Assembly (NCBI GenBank): GCA_903831305.1
Contig: CAIKXE010000002.1
Location: 15,934 to 79,933 of the forward strand
Reading direction: 5' to 3'
Source of the DNA: an uncultured bacterium
GTDB taxonomy: Bacteria; Patescibacteriota; Minisyncoccia; Phycocordibacterales; GWA1-40-21
DNA: 64,000 bases
The notes under the pieces are model-generated. The model was not told where the DNA came from and ran no database searches. It saw nothing but the letters and a program-made list of their open reading frames with translations. Positions 29,697 to 39,440 of this stretch are shown in pieces (positions within the stretch are counted from its first letter, which is position 1; each line of letters starts with the position of its first letter). The position numbers were made by a program, and so were the translations under genes.

Positions 29697-30287
29697 ATGC
29701 TAGAAAATATCATACAGCTCATTATTTACCACAAGTACCTGATAATTATTCCGGTTACCATAGTTGAAGGACCAATCGTTTCCTTTTTGTCTGGGTTTTT
29801 GGTTCAGCTTGGAGTCCTCAACTTTTTTTATGCCTATATATGTCTCATGATAGGTGATCTTATTGGAGATGTTGCCTGGTACTGGTTGGGCTGCAAATGG
29901 GGGATGCCCTTCATCAGAAAATTTGGAAAATATTTCAGTCTCTCTGAAGAAAAAATTCAACCCATACATAAATTATTTCATAAATATCACACCTCAGTTT
30001 TATTCATCTCAAAACTGACAACTGGTTTTGGTTTTGCTCCGGCCGTCCTCTTTACGGCTGGAATGACAAGAATCCCATTTTCACGTTATCTAACTCTAAA
30101 TTTTTTTGGGCAGTTTATTTGGACAGCGCTACTTCTCTTCCTTGGATTTTTCATAGGGCACCTCTATGAAAGTTTTAATTCAATACTCGAGCGAGTTTCT
30201 ATTTTTGTTATTGTTGCTGCATGCTTCTTTTTAATAGTCGGTTTTGGTAAATATCTCCGAGGCCGTATAATAAATAAAACCATATGA
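29697..30287 (+). CDS. DedA family membrane protein
   Basis: VEGP, GDLIGD..WYWLG, AGMTRIPF. Confidence 0.85.
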   Translation: MLENIIQLIIYHKYLIIIPVTIVEGPIVSFLSGFLVQLGVLNFFYAYICLMIGDLIGDVAWYWLGCKWGMPFIRKFGKYFSLSEEKIQPIHKLFHKYHTSVLFISKLTTGFGFAPAVLFTAGMTRIPFSRYLTLNFFGQFIWTALLLFLGFFIGHLYESFNSILERVSIFVIVAACFFLIVGFGKYLRGRIINKTI

Positions 30288-30970
30288 TATCTATCGTTAT
30301 ACCAGCGCATAATGAGGAAAAGTATATCGGGCGAACACTCAGGGCGGTTTTAGATTTGGATTATCCAGATTTCGAGGTGATTGTTATTGATAACGCTTCG
30401 ACTGATAATACCAGTGCTATAGCAAAGTCTTTTCCTGGAGTAAAGGTTTTTTTTGAAAAACAAAAGGGCACTCAATTTGCCAGAGAACGCGGAAGGGTAG
30501 AGTCAAAAGGAGAAATTATTGCTGGTATAGATGCTGACTGTATTCCAGATAGAGACTGGCTCAAGAACGGTGTGGTTTATTTTAATGATCCAAATGTGGT
30601 TGCTGTCTCTGGTCCTTATTATTATTATGACACTGGCTGGTTTTTTCGTTCCGTCTCTCTTTTTATCCAGAGGACGTATGCCATAACAAATGATATCCTT
30701 CAGTTTTTTCATCACGGCGCTGTCCTAATTGGTGGTAATTGGCTCATTCGAGCTTCGGCTATGGAAAAGATAGGCGGGCATGATACCAGTTTTGTTTTTT
30801 ATGGTGATGATACTGATACAGCAAAGAGGCTTTCAAAAGTCGGTAAAATCATATTTTCCACCAAGTTCGTAATGCAATCATCTGGCCGGCGATTTGAAAA
30901 TATAGGTCTCCTCAGAACACTTTATAATTATGCTTTAGGTTTTTTAAGAGTCACGTTAAAGAAAAACTAG
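30284..30970 (+). CDS. Glycosyltransferase family 2
   Basis: ISIVIPAHNEE, DNASTD, DAD. Confidence 0.93.
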   Translation: MISIVIPAHNEEKYIGRTLRAVLDLDYPDFEVIVIDNASTDNTSAIAKSFPGVKVFFEKQKGTQFARERGRVESKGEIIAGIDADCIPDRDWLKNGVVYFNDPNVVAVSGPYYYYDTGWFFRSVSLFIQRTYAITNDILQFFHHGAVLIGGNWLIRASAMEKIGGHDTSFVFYGDDTDTAKRLSKVGKIIFSTKFVMQSSGRRFENIGLLRTLYNYALGFLRVTLKKN

Positions 30971-31073
30971 AAGAAGACGGTATCCTCTTAATCCCACATA
31001 TATGGTTATTTGTCTAGTTGTATAAATATAGCATATATGCTATACTCTCTGTGAGATAAGAGATTGAAAGAAA

Positions 31074-31200
31074 AAGCTACTTGATAATTAAAGAACAGAG
31101 ACCCTTCCTGGGGAGCTTTTAAAACGTTTGAGATTTCCCCGGGGAGGGGATATGGGTCACTTAGCTACCCAAGACGTTGTCGGACGTCTTAATAGCCCCC
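31074..31200 (+). other. Candidate structured leader or ncRNA
   Basis: Stems cccttcctgggga/tccccggggaggg, gggt..accc and aagacg/cgtctt downstream of TGcTATACT. Confidence 0.35.
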
Positions 31201-31210
31201 TTCTTCTAAA

Positions 31211-31384
31211 ATGATGAAAATTTTAGGAGCCCTGGGACTAGGTTTAGCTATTCTGATCCTCCGCTCACTTATGCCAACGGTCTTTCAGGCATTTGAGCAT
31301 ACCCTTCTCGTGTTCTTTAGCTTAGCAGGCTCGCTACTTGGTAAAGCCCAAGTTTTAGTGAACAACCTGCCCGTCTCTCCTTAA
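31211..31384 (+). CDS. 57-aa hydrophobic small protein
   Basis: MMKILGALGLGLAILILRSLMPTVFQAFEHTLLVFF; below ORF-track cutoff. Confidence 0.55.
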   Translation: MMKILGALGLGLAILILRSLMPTVFQAFEHTLLVFFSLAGSLLGKAQVLVNNLPVSP

Positions 31385-31513
31385 TCCGCTTTACGCTGAT
31401 TAGGAGAACCACGACCTTGATCCCAGTTTGCCTCGCGCAACCTGGGATCTTTGTGTTTTGGTTGAAAAAAAATGAGAAATAAGGTATCTTTAGGAAGTGC
31501 TTATTTGTAATAA

Positions 31514-31589
31514 GCCAAGATAGCTCAGCTGGTAGAGCACGTCATTGGTAATGACGAGGTCCCGGGTTCAAACCCCGGTCTTGGCTCCA
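31514..31589 (+). tRNA. tRNA-Thr(GGT)
   Basis: CGTCA-TT GGT AA-TGACG; GGTTCAAACC; CCA end. Confidence 0.96.
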
Positions 31590-31615
31590 ATCACAAACAA
31601 ACTTATTTGTTTGTG

Positions 31616-31731
31616 CCGGGGTTTGAACGGCGGAACGATGTTTTGATAGCAATTAAAACCGTGAGCCGGTGCCCAGTCTAAAATTTTTGACGCGAAATTT
31701 TAAGGCGAGGGCTAGTCCCGGTCTTGGCTCC
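31616..31731 (+). repeat. tRNA-3'-derived element after tRNA-Thr
   Basis: Inverted T-arm ccggggtttgaac, shared core, direct copy cccggtcttggctcc at 31717-31731. Confidence 0.82.
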
Positions 31732-31778
31732 CAAAAGTGTTTGGAGGAATATCACTTTGGTGATATAATCTAGGGGAC

Positions 31779-32459
31779 ATGATTTACTTTGATAAAGTTT
31801 CTAAAATTTATTCTGATGATTGCTCGGCTTTGGAAGATATCAGTCTAAAGATTGAGCCCAAGGAGTTTGTTTCCATTGTCGGTCACTCCGGCGCTGGCAA
31901 GACCACCTTGATCAAGATGATTTTGGCTGAGGAAAAGCCGACTAAAGGAACGGTCTTTTATGAGTCGGCCAATGTCCATAAGTTGAAGGGGAAAGAGATT
32001 ACGGCTTTGCGCAGAAAGATCGGTACAGTTTTTCAGGATTTTCGGCTACTCCATAATAAAACGGTTTATGAGAATATTGCTTTTGCCATGGAGGCGGCGG
32101 GCCGGACAGATGAAGAGATCGAGGCTGATGTGCCGCATGTTTTAGAGCTCGTGGATATCAGTAAGAAGATTTATAGCTTCCCAAGCGAACTGTCTGGTGG
32201 GGAGAAACAGCGCGTGGCAATTGCCAGAGCTATTGTGAACCAGCCAGATGTGATTATTGCGGATGAGCCGACCGGTAACCTAGATCCGGCTAACACCTTT
32301 GAGATAATGCAGATTTTAAAAAAGATCAATGATTTGGGGACGACCGTGATTATCACCACGCATAATCGAGGGGTAGTGGAGTCACTTGGTAAGCGGGTGA
32401 TCAGTATGCAAAACGGTAAGATCGTTCGAGATGATAAAAATGGTTCATTTATGTTATAA
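31779..32459 (+). CDS. ftsE: Cell division ATPase FtsE
   Basis: [26 protein letters not shown]; precedes ftsX. Confidence 0.95.
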   Translation: MIYFDKVSKIYSDDCSALEDISLKIEPKEFVSIVGHSGAGKTTLIKMILAEEKPTKGTVFYESANVHKLKGKEITALRRKIGTVFQDFRLLHNKTVYENIAFAMEAAGRTDEEIEADVPHVLELVDISKKIYSFPSELSGGEKQRVAIARAIVNQPDVIIADEPTGNLDPANTFEIMQILKKINDLGTTVIITTHNRGVVESLGKRVISMQNGKIVRDDKNGSFML

Positions 32460-32467
32460 TTTACATT

Positions 32468-33403
32468 ATGTTTTTCACTAAAATAAAAAGAACTTTTAGG
32501 GCGGGGGTGACGAACTTTTGGCGTAACGGTTTTGTCTCCCTATCGTCACTCGTGGTGATGTTTATCACCCTCTTTATGATCTGCTCGCTGATTTTTATGA
32601 GCGCTATTTTGAAATTTTCCTTGGCTGAGATAAAAGATAAAGTAGATATCAACGTTTACTTTACTACTAAGGCCAGTGAGGCTGATATTTTAAGCTTAAA
32701 AAAATCAACAGAAGCTTTATTAGAAGTAGAAAAAGTTGACTATCTGTCTAGTGAGAATGTTTTGACTAATTTTAAGGAAAGGTGGAAGGATAACGGCTTA
32801 GTGCTCGAAGCGTTAGATGAGCTTGGAGAAAATCCTTTTGGGGCACAAATGAATATCAAAGCCAAGGATCCATCACAGTATGAGGGTATCTCTAATTTTT
32901 TTGGCTTGAAAGGAACTGACTGTAAATCATTTGAGAGTAAGTTTCCTGTAATTGAAAAGGTAAATTATTGCCAAAATAAAGTTATAATAGACAATCTAGT
33001 CAAAGTTACAAATGCTGTTAACACTGTCGGTTTTTGGATCGCACTAATTTTATTGATAATTTCTATTGTCATTACCTTTAATACTATTCGTTTGGCCATC
33101 TTTATCTCTAAGGAAGAAATCTCCGTGATGCGCCTAGTGGGGGCTTCTGGCCGGTATGTGAAAGGACCGTTTGTTGTGTCCGGCATCCTTTATGGTATTG
33201 TTTCGGCTACTTTAGTGTTGGCGGTTTTCTTCGGTCTCACTTATTGGCTGGGTAGTTTGTCCAAGGACTTTTTTGTCAGTCTAGACCTCTTTGCTTTTTA
33301 TCTGAAAAACTTTGGGCAAATCTTTCTCATAATTTTTGGTTCGGGTATTGCCCTCGGTGCCGTGTCTAGCTACTTGGCTGTGAGACGGTATTTGAAGATC
33401 TAG
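32468..33403 (+). CDS. ftsX: Cell division permease FtsX
   Basis: [26 protein letters not shown]. Confidence 0.93.
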   Translation: MFFTKIKRTFRAGVTNFWRNGFVSLSSLVVMFITLFMICSLIFMSAILKFSLAEIKDKVDINVYFTTKASEADILSLKKSTEALLEVEKVDYLSSENVLTNFKERWKDNGLVLEALDELGENPFGAQMNIKAKDPSQYEGISNFFGLKGTDCKSFESKFPVIEKVNYCQNKVIIDNLVKVTNAVNTVGFWIALILLIISIVITFNTIRLAIFISKEEISVMRLVGASGRYVKGPFVVSGILYGIVSATLVLAVFFGLTYWLGSLSKDFFVSLDLFAFYLKNFGQIFLIIFGSGIALGAVSSYLAVRRYLKI

Positions 33404-33490
33404 TCTAGACAATTTTCTATAATCTGTTAGTCTTTTACTAGATTTGATGTCTGACGTTCGGTGTCTTAAACCTGAGAAAATGGGGGTACG

Positions 33491-33748
33491 GTGATGCAGA
33501 TTTTCTTGATGAGGAACCAGGACTCGGTGTACTTTCTGGTACTAGCGGAGAGTGAGGATGAAGCAAAGCGGAAACTCGAAGCTTGGAAGCCTGGAACCTA
33601 CGCCTACGCTGGCGAGACGCTCATTCTTTCCATTACCCGTATCGGTCCGATTGCTATGGTGGAGAACCACTTCATGGTTCGGCTACCGCAGCTGAGTCTT
33701 GGGCTTCAGACGGCCCAGATTGAGTACAGTACTCCTCCGAAAGGTTGA
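33491..33748 (+). CDS. Hypothetical protein
   Basis: 85-aa stand-alone ORF followed by GC-rich hairpin. Confidence 0.5.
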   Translation: MMQIFLMRNQDSVYFLVLAESEDEAKRKLEAWKPGTYAYAGETLILSITRIGPIAMVENHFMVRLPQLSLGLQTAQIEYSTPPKG

Positions 33749-33770
33749 ATCAGGGTCTTCTTTGTACCTA

Positions 33771-33808
33771 GAGCCACCGCGTCCGCGCGGTGGCTCCTTC
33801 CTTTTTAT
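33771..33808 (+). terminator. Probable intrinsic terminator
   Basis: gagccaccgcg-tccg-cgcggtggctc then pyrimidine run. Confidence 0.7.
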
Positions 33809-33846
33809 ATTGAAAAAAAACTGATAATAAGGTATCCTGTCACTAT

Positions 33847-33917
33847 TGCGGGTTCGTCTAAAGGTAGGACACATCCCTCTGAAGGATGGTATTGGGGTTC
33901 GAGTCCCTGACCCGCAG
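33847..33917 (+). tRNA. tRNA-Gln(CTG)
   Basis: TGCGGGT/ACCCGCA-G; CATCC-CT CTG AA-GGATG; GGTTCGAGTCC. Confidence 0.95.
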
Positions 33918-33958
33918 CAAAATTTGAGGCCTAGGTATTTTATGTTAGAATAGTACTA

Positions 33959-35818
33959 ATGAAATATATCAAATGGTGGGTGGCGGATACAGTACTTATG
34001 GTCTTTCTTCTGGTAGTCCTACTCCTTGAGGGTTTGAATAGTTTACATGTGGACATTCATAATCCGCTTATTGCTATTGTGGCCGTGATCGGGACTATAC
34101 CCGTGGCTTGGAGCGCTATCAAGGTGGTTTATAGTAGAAAAATTTCCATTGACCTTTTAGCAGCGATTGCTTTGATCTTTTCTTTGATTGAAAAACAGTG
34201 GCTATCCGCTATCTTTATAAACTTGATGCTTACCTCCGCCCGCCTGCTTTTGGCTTATAATGAAGCACGCGCCAGGAAGAATCTGGAGAGCTTGCTCAAA
34301 CTAAAGCCATTAAATATCAAAGTAAAAACGGAGGTCGGAATAATAGAGGTAAAATATCAGGAGGTAAAAGTGGGTGATGTGGTAATGATAGATTTAGGTG
34401 AGCGTATACCGGTGGATGGTACGGTGATCTCGGGGTCAGCATCCATAGATGAGTCATCTTTGACCGGCGAGTCTATACCCGTAAATAAAACGGCGGGTGA
34501 TATGGTGGCGAGCTCTGGTTTGGTGGTTTCTGGTAATCTGATGATTCGGACGGAGAAGGTAGCGGGGGACACCACCCTGGAGAAGATAATCAAAATGGTG
34601 GAGCAAGCCCAGATTGACAAGCCGGATATTCACACGGTGGCCGAAAAGTTTGCCACTTGGTATCTGGCGATTATTTTTGTTTTGACTGTTATTTTGTATT
34701 TTTTTACGCAGGATATGACCTTGATTCTGGCCGTTCTCTTGGTCATCTGTGCGGATGATATTGCGGTGGCTATGCCTCTGACTTTCCTCACCGCCATCAG
34801 TTTCTCTGCTAAAAAGGGTATTATTATAAAAGGAGCAAGTTTTTTAGAGGCTTTACGGGATATCAAGGTGATTTTTGTGGATAAGACCGGGACTCTGACC
34901 AAGGGCAAATTAAAGGTGGAGGGTTTTATCTCTGAATTACCAGAGCAAGATGCTATTTTAAAATACGCTGGTATCTGTGCTGAGCTCTCTGATCACCCTA
35001 TGTCCAAGGCCATCGCTTTATATTCTATCGGCACCAAGGGACAGGGTGTTGAAATACCGGAAACCTTTAGTGAAGTCAGTGGTAATGGTATGCGAGCGAT
35101 TTTTGCCGGTCAAGAGTTACTTTTAGGTCGGCAATCATTTTTGGAAAATAACAATATCAAGATTTCTCCCAAGGTTTTAGCAGAAATAACAGCAGAAGAG
35201 GAGAAGGGTTTTAATGTAACCTTTTTGTCTTACGGTCAAAATTATGTGGGTTATTTTATTATTGCGGATGAGATAAAAGAAAATATAAAGTCCTCTATGG
35301 AGGAATTAAAAAAACTTGGAGTGGAAAAGATCATCATGCTCACCGGGGATAATGAGCGGGTAGCCAGGCGGATAAAAGAGGTGACGGGTATTACAGATTT
35401 TTATGCTAATTTATCACCCGGGCAAAAACTGGAGCATATTAAAAACAGTCTAAATAAAAAATACAAAGTGGCCATGATCGGTGATGGTATCAATGATGCC
35501 GCGGCACTCTCCTTGTCTGATGTGGGGATTGCCATGGGGGGAATTGGCTATGATGTAGCCATTGAATCCGCTGATGTGGTGCTTATGAAGGATGATTTCT
35601 CCAGGGTGCCACAAATGATTAAAATATCAAAGTATGTGATGAATATTGCGGAGCAGGACTTTTGGATCTGGGGGTCCACAAACCTCATCGGTTTAACCTT
35701 GGTTTTTATGGGTATTTTAGCTCCTACGGGTGCCTCAGCCTATAACTTCCTGACAGATTTTCTGCCCCTTTTTAATTCCACCCGTATCTTTCAGGTCTAT
35801 TTGAAGGAAAAGGTTTAA
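33959..35818 (+). CDS. P1B-type cation-transporting ATPase with atypical metal-site motif
   Basis: LTGES, DKTGT, SDHP, GDGIND; VICADD in place of CPC/SPC. Confidence 0.93.
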   Translation: MKYIKWWVADTVLMVFLLVVLLLEGLNSLHVDIHNPLIAIVAVIGTIPVAWSAIKVVYSRKISIDLLAAIALIFSLIEKQWLSAIFINLMLTSARLLLAYNEARARKNLESLLKLKPLNIKVKTEVGIIEVKYQEVKVGDVVMIDLGERIPVDGTVISGSASIDESSLTGESIPVNKTAGDMVASSGLVVSGNLMIRTEKVAGDTTLEKIIKMVEQAQIDKPDIHTVAEKFATWYLAIIFVLTVILYFFTQDMTLILAVLLVICADDIAVAMPLTFLTAISFSAKKGIIIKGASFLEALRDIKVIFVDKTGTLTKGKLKVEGFISELPEQDAILKYAGICAELSDHPMSKAIALYSIGTKGQGVEIPETFSEVSGNGMRAIFAGQELLLGRQSFLENNNIKISPKVLAEITAEEEKGFNVTFLSYGQNYVGYFIIADEIKENIKSSMEELKKLGVEKIIMLTGDNERVARRIKEVTGITDFYANLSPGQKLEHIKNSLNKKYKVAMIGDGINDAAALSLSDVGIAMGGIGYDVAIESADVVLMKDDFSRVPQMIKISKYVMNIAEQDFWIWGSTNLIGLTLVFMGILAPTGASAYNFLTDFLPLFNSTRIFQVYLKEKV

Positions 35819-35866
35819 ATTTATATTTGTATTGCATTATATTTTAGCTGATATATAATACTAGGT

Positions 35867-36271
35867 ATGGAAAATACACAAAAATTTACTCCTGGGACCA
35901 AGATCGTCATTGTGGAAGATGACAAGTTTCTTGGTGGTTTGGTTTTTAAAAAATTAATTGAAGAGGGTTGTACTGTCCGTCATATTGAAAGTGGAGAGAG
36001 AGCTCAGGCCTCAATTGAATCAGAAATACCAGATTTGATATTTTTGGACTTACTTTTGCCCGGCGTTAGTGGTTTTGATATTTTGGCTGGTTTAAAGAAA
36101 AATGATGATACCAAAGATATTCCAGTGGTTCTTTTGTCAAACTTAGGTGAGAGGGATGATATCCGAAAAGGTCTGGATTTAGGAGCAACTAGTTTTCTAA
36201 TCAAGGCGTCTATGACGGTAGATAGTATTATTGCTGAGGCCTCAAGAATCCTTCGAGCCAGGAAGAAATAA
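35867..36271 (+). CDS. Single-domain response regulator
   Basis: IVEDD, FLDLLLPGVSG, LSN, LIK. Confidence 0.92.
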   Translation: MENTQKFTPGTKIVIVEDDKFLGGLVFKKLIEEGCTVRHIESGERAQASIESEIPDLIFLDLLLPGVSGFDILAGLKKNDDTKDIPVVLLSNLGERDDIRKGLDLGATSFLIKASMTVDSIIAEASRILRARKK

Positions 36272-36272
36272 G

Positions 36273-36989
36273 CTAATTTTTTTGTAAGAATAGTAGATAC
36301 TCTTTATTCCCTGATCCGCCTAGGATCGGGGAATCAATAGTTTTAACTACAGCCAAATGGTTTTGTGCACAAAAGTTCTTGATTTTTTCTAATACTTTTT
36401 CTCGGATCTGATCATTTTTAACAACACCACTTTTATTTTTATCTATATTAGCACTTTCAAATTGTGGTTTAACTAAAGCAATAATCTTGCTTTTTTCTTT
36501 GAGTAAATCAGATACTTTTTGTAAAACCAGTGCCAGTGAGATAAAAGAGACATCAATCACTGCTAGATCGGCTTTCTCCGGTAATTTATTAATTTTTCTG
36601 ATATCGGTTCTTTCCATAGAAATTACGCGCGGGTCAGTTTTTAGTTTGGAATCTAATTGATCAGTTCCTACGTCCACCGCGTAGACTTTTTTAGCCCCAG
36701 CTTGTAATAGGCAATCCGTAAAGCCACCAGTAGAGGAACCAATGTCTAAAACCGTTAGACCAGTGGGGTCCACTTGAAACTCCGTCAGGGCCTTTTCCAG
36801 CTTGAGTCCGCCCCGTCCGACATATTTAGGCTGGGCTGTTATCTCGATATCTGTTTCTAACGGGTATTCTTTGGCTGGTTTAGTCACTACTTCACCATTA
36901 GCCTTGACTAGACCTTTTTTAATTAAGTCCACTGCTACCGCCCTACTTTTTGTCAGTTTCTTTTTGGTAATTAATATATCTAATCTCAT
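36273..36989 (-). CDS. tlyA: TlyA family rRNA methyltransferase
   Basis: S4 domain, YVGRGGLKL, DIGSSTGGFTD, LVKPQFE. Confidence 0.95.
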   Translation of the reverse strand: MRLDILITKKKLTKSRAVAVDLIKKGLVKANGEVVTKPAKEYPLETDIEITAQPKYVGRGGLKLEKALTEFQVDPTGLTVLDIGSSTGGFTDCLLQAGAKKVYAVDVGTDQLDSKLKTDPRVISMERTDIRKINKLPEKADLAVIDVSFISLALVLQKVSDLLKEKSKIIALVKPQFESANIDKNKSGVVKNDQIREKVLEKIKNFCAQNHLAVVKTIDSPILGGSGNKEYLLFLQKN

Positions 36990-37034
36990 AAATACATATT
37001 AGTATATTTTTAAAAAATTTGATACACTAAAAGA

Positions 37035-37814
37035 ATGAAATGGAGACATTATTTATCTTTGGCTGGTTTAGCATTTTTTTTGAGTATTTTTGCCCTTATT
37101 TACACAGGTATTATTGATGTAAACTATCTGGATCTGAAGTCTAGGATTAATTGGCTACCACTACTTATCGTGGCAGCGGCTTTTGTGGATAGTATTAATC
37201 CTTGTGCTTTCTCTGTCCTGTTTATCACTTTGGCTTTTTTATTTAGTCTCGGGCATAGCCGGTCACAGATTATTAAAACTGGTTTGGTCTATGTCGGGGG
37301 AATATTTTTGACTTATATTTTAATTGGCCTGGGGATATTAAAGGTTCTGACTATTTTCAATATTCCAAACAGTATGGCCAAGCTGGGAGCCATCGCTATT
37401 ATTATCTTTGGTGTCATTAATCTTTTAAATGAGTTTTTTCCCAAATTTCCGATCAAGCTTAAAATGCCAGACGCCTCACACAGTAAAGTGGGGGAGCTGA
37501 TTGCCAAGGCTACTGTGCCGGCTGCTTTTATTCTAGGACTGCTCGTGGGGATGTTTGAGTTTCCTTGTACCGGGGGCCCGTATTTGCTGGTGTTGGGCTT
37601 ACTACATGATGAAGCTAATTTTATGAAAGGTTTTTGGTATTTAGTTTTGTATAATTTTATCTTTGTTCTGCCATTACTTATTGCTATCTTTATCTCCACG
37701 GATAAGCCCATCTTAGAAAAGCTGGATAAATTACGCCGACTGGAGACTAAAAAGGGGCGCGTGTGGGTAGCCCTCATTGTTATCGCTATGGGTTTATTAG
37801 TTTTTATAATATAA
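37035..37814 (+). CDS. CcdA/DsbD-like thiol-redox membrane protein
   Basis: DSINPCAF and EFPCTGGPY in a multi-TM protein. Confidence 0.82.
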   Translation: MKWRHYLSLAGLAFFLSIFALIYTGIIDVNYLDLKSRINWLPLLIVAAAFVDSINPCAFSVLFITLAFLFSLGHSRSQIIKTGLVYVGGIFLTYILIGLGILKVLTIFNIPNSMAKLGAIAIIIFGVINLLNEFFPKFPIKLKMPDASHSKVGELIAKATVPAAFILGLLVGMFEFPCTGGPYLLVLGLLHDEANFMKGFWYLVLYNFIFVLPLLIAIFISTDKPILEKLDKLRRLETKKGRVWVALIVIAMGLLVFII

Positions 37815-37821
37815 TTTAAAT

Positions 37822-38325
37822 ATGACTGAAGACACAAATATAAAATATGCCGAGATTTATAAGAAGGTAGAGGCTATGAAAGCCAGTGGAACTTTGGATT
37901 TATCTACTGAGGAGGATCTAGCTATAGCGATTATGAATTTGATTTCTTTGGAAGAGCATTTTTACTTTACCGGGGCCAAGACAGATAAGCCAGAATATTT
38001 TGATTTGATGAACGAAGTCCGTCTAATGCGCACCAAACTTTTGGCTCGGCTGATAGATAAGAAGGAAGGCGAGGTCTGGTGTATCTCTAAGCATTTATTG
38101 GCTACTTCTATGCGTCTGATGGAGGTCGGTACCAAGCTACAGAAGGAGGGTAAAAAGGATGAGGCCAGGGATTTTTTCACTGATTCTCACAAGATGTTTA
38201 ACTTATTCTTTGCTCTGAGACTTAAAATTGTCAGTATCCCCGATTTGAAAAAGGTGGCAGAAGCAGAACAACCAATGACTCTGAAGGATGTGATGTCTAA
38301 ATTAGTAGATTGTTGTAATGAATAA
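37822..38325 (+). CDS. Hypothetical helical protein
   Basis: NLISLEEH, WCISKHLL and C-terminal DCCNE. Confidence 0.7.
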   Translation: MTEDTNIKYAEIYKKVEAMKASGTLDLSTEEDLAIAIMNLISLEEHFYFTGAKTDKPEYFDLMNEVRLMRTKLLARLIDKKEGEVWCISKHLLATSMRLMEVGTKLQKEGKKDEARDFFTDSHKMFNLFFALRLKIVSIPDLKKVAEAEQPMTLKDVMSKLVDCCNE

Positions 38326-38713
38326 TGATATGAAAAATAAAAGTGAAATTATTGTTCCTGTTATCGTTGGTATATTGACGCTCGTTTTCGTCGGACTTTT
38401 TGCTTACTTTGGTAGTAGTGGTGGGGTTGTGAAAAATGATAAAACTGGCCTTTTTGAAGGGCAAATGAGTTTGGAAAAGCTTTCTGAAATAAGTACTTGT
38501 CCATTGACCAGTGATAAGGATAGTTTTGCTAAATGTTTGACAGAAAAAGGTTGGACCATGTATGGGGCCAAGTGGTGCTCTCATTGCCAGGCACAAAAAG
38601 ATTTATTTGGTGATTCATTTCAGTATGTTACCTATGTGGAATGTCCGGACAACGCAGAATTATGCGTGGCGGAGGGAATAAACGGTTATCCGACCTGGAA
38701 AGTCAAAAAATAG
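38318..38713 (+). CDS. Membrane-anchored thioredoxin-fold protein
   Basis: YGAKWCSHC, YVEC, GYPTW. Confidence 0.85.
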   Translation: MNNDMKNKSEIIVPVIVGILTLVFVGLFAYFGSSGGVVKNDKTGLFEGQMSLEKLSEISTCPLTSDKDSFAKCLTEKGWTMYGAKWCSHCQAQKDLFGDSFQYVTYVECPDNAELCVAEGINGYPTWKVKK

Positions 38714-38719
38714 CCGGCT

Positions 38720-38764
38720 TGTGGATAACCTTTTCCTTGCATCTTTCTGTGGGCTTGATACAAT
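38720..38764 (+). promoter_or_regulatory. Pilin promoter with consensus DnaA box
   Basis: TGTGGATAA (38720-38728), TTGCAT-16 nt-TACAAT. Confidence 0.6.
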
Positions 38765-38867
38765 ATATAGCAAGCTTAAAAAGCGTTTATTAATTTATCA
38801 GCCTAATTAACAGCCCCGTAAAATTAATAGCGGGACAATGTTCTCAGAAAAATTGAGAAAATATAAA

Positions 38868-39371
38868 ATGCCCAAAATAAATATGTCAAAGTGTGCTAAT
38901 TCCCAAAAAGGTTTCACCCTTTTGGAAATCCTGTTGGTTGTCGGTATCATTGCTATCTTGGCTGGTATCGTCATTTTGGCTATCAACCCTACCAAGCAGT
39001 TGGGTGATGCCAGAAATGCTCAAAGACGAGCAGATGTCCTCACTATTTTAAATGCCATTTATCAATATACTATTGATAACAATGGTACTATCCCTGCTAC
39101 TATTACCTCAACTTCTGCTTGCGCCTTAGGAGCAAGCCTGGAGATTGCCACTGGTACGGCTACTACTACCGGAAGCCTGGTTGGACTATACTCATACCTT
39201 GTCGGATCAGCCGCCGCTTCTTCTACCTATATCGTTTCTATTCCTAGGGATCCACTTGCTACCTCTACTGGTCCTGGTTCTGGCTATTCTGTCACTAAAA
39301 CTGCTTCAAGTCGGATTACAGTTTGTGCTCCGCTTGCTGAAAACGCTGTTTCTATTTCTGTCACCAGATAA
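38868..39371 (+). CDS. Type IV pilin, probable major pilin of third cluster
   Basis: KG|FTLLE, AINP.KQL..ARNAQR; start uncertain (38838, 38868 or 38883). Confidence 0.9.
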   Translation: MPKINMSKCANSQKGFTLLEILLVVGIIAILAGIVILAINPTKQLGDARNAQRRADVLTILNAIYQYTIDNNGTIPATITSTSACALGASLEIATGTATTTGSLVGLYSYLVGSAAASSTYIVSIPRDPLATSTGPGSGYSVTKTASSRITVCAPLAENAVSISVTR

Positions 39372-39440
39372 TCATATCTTTGTCCGCTTGTCTTGGACGA
39401 GCGGATTGTAGGTTTGGCTATTTTTATTGAAACAAAAGAG

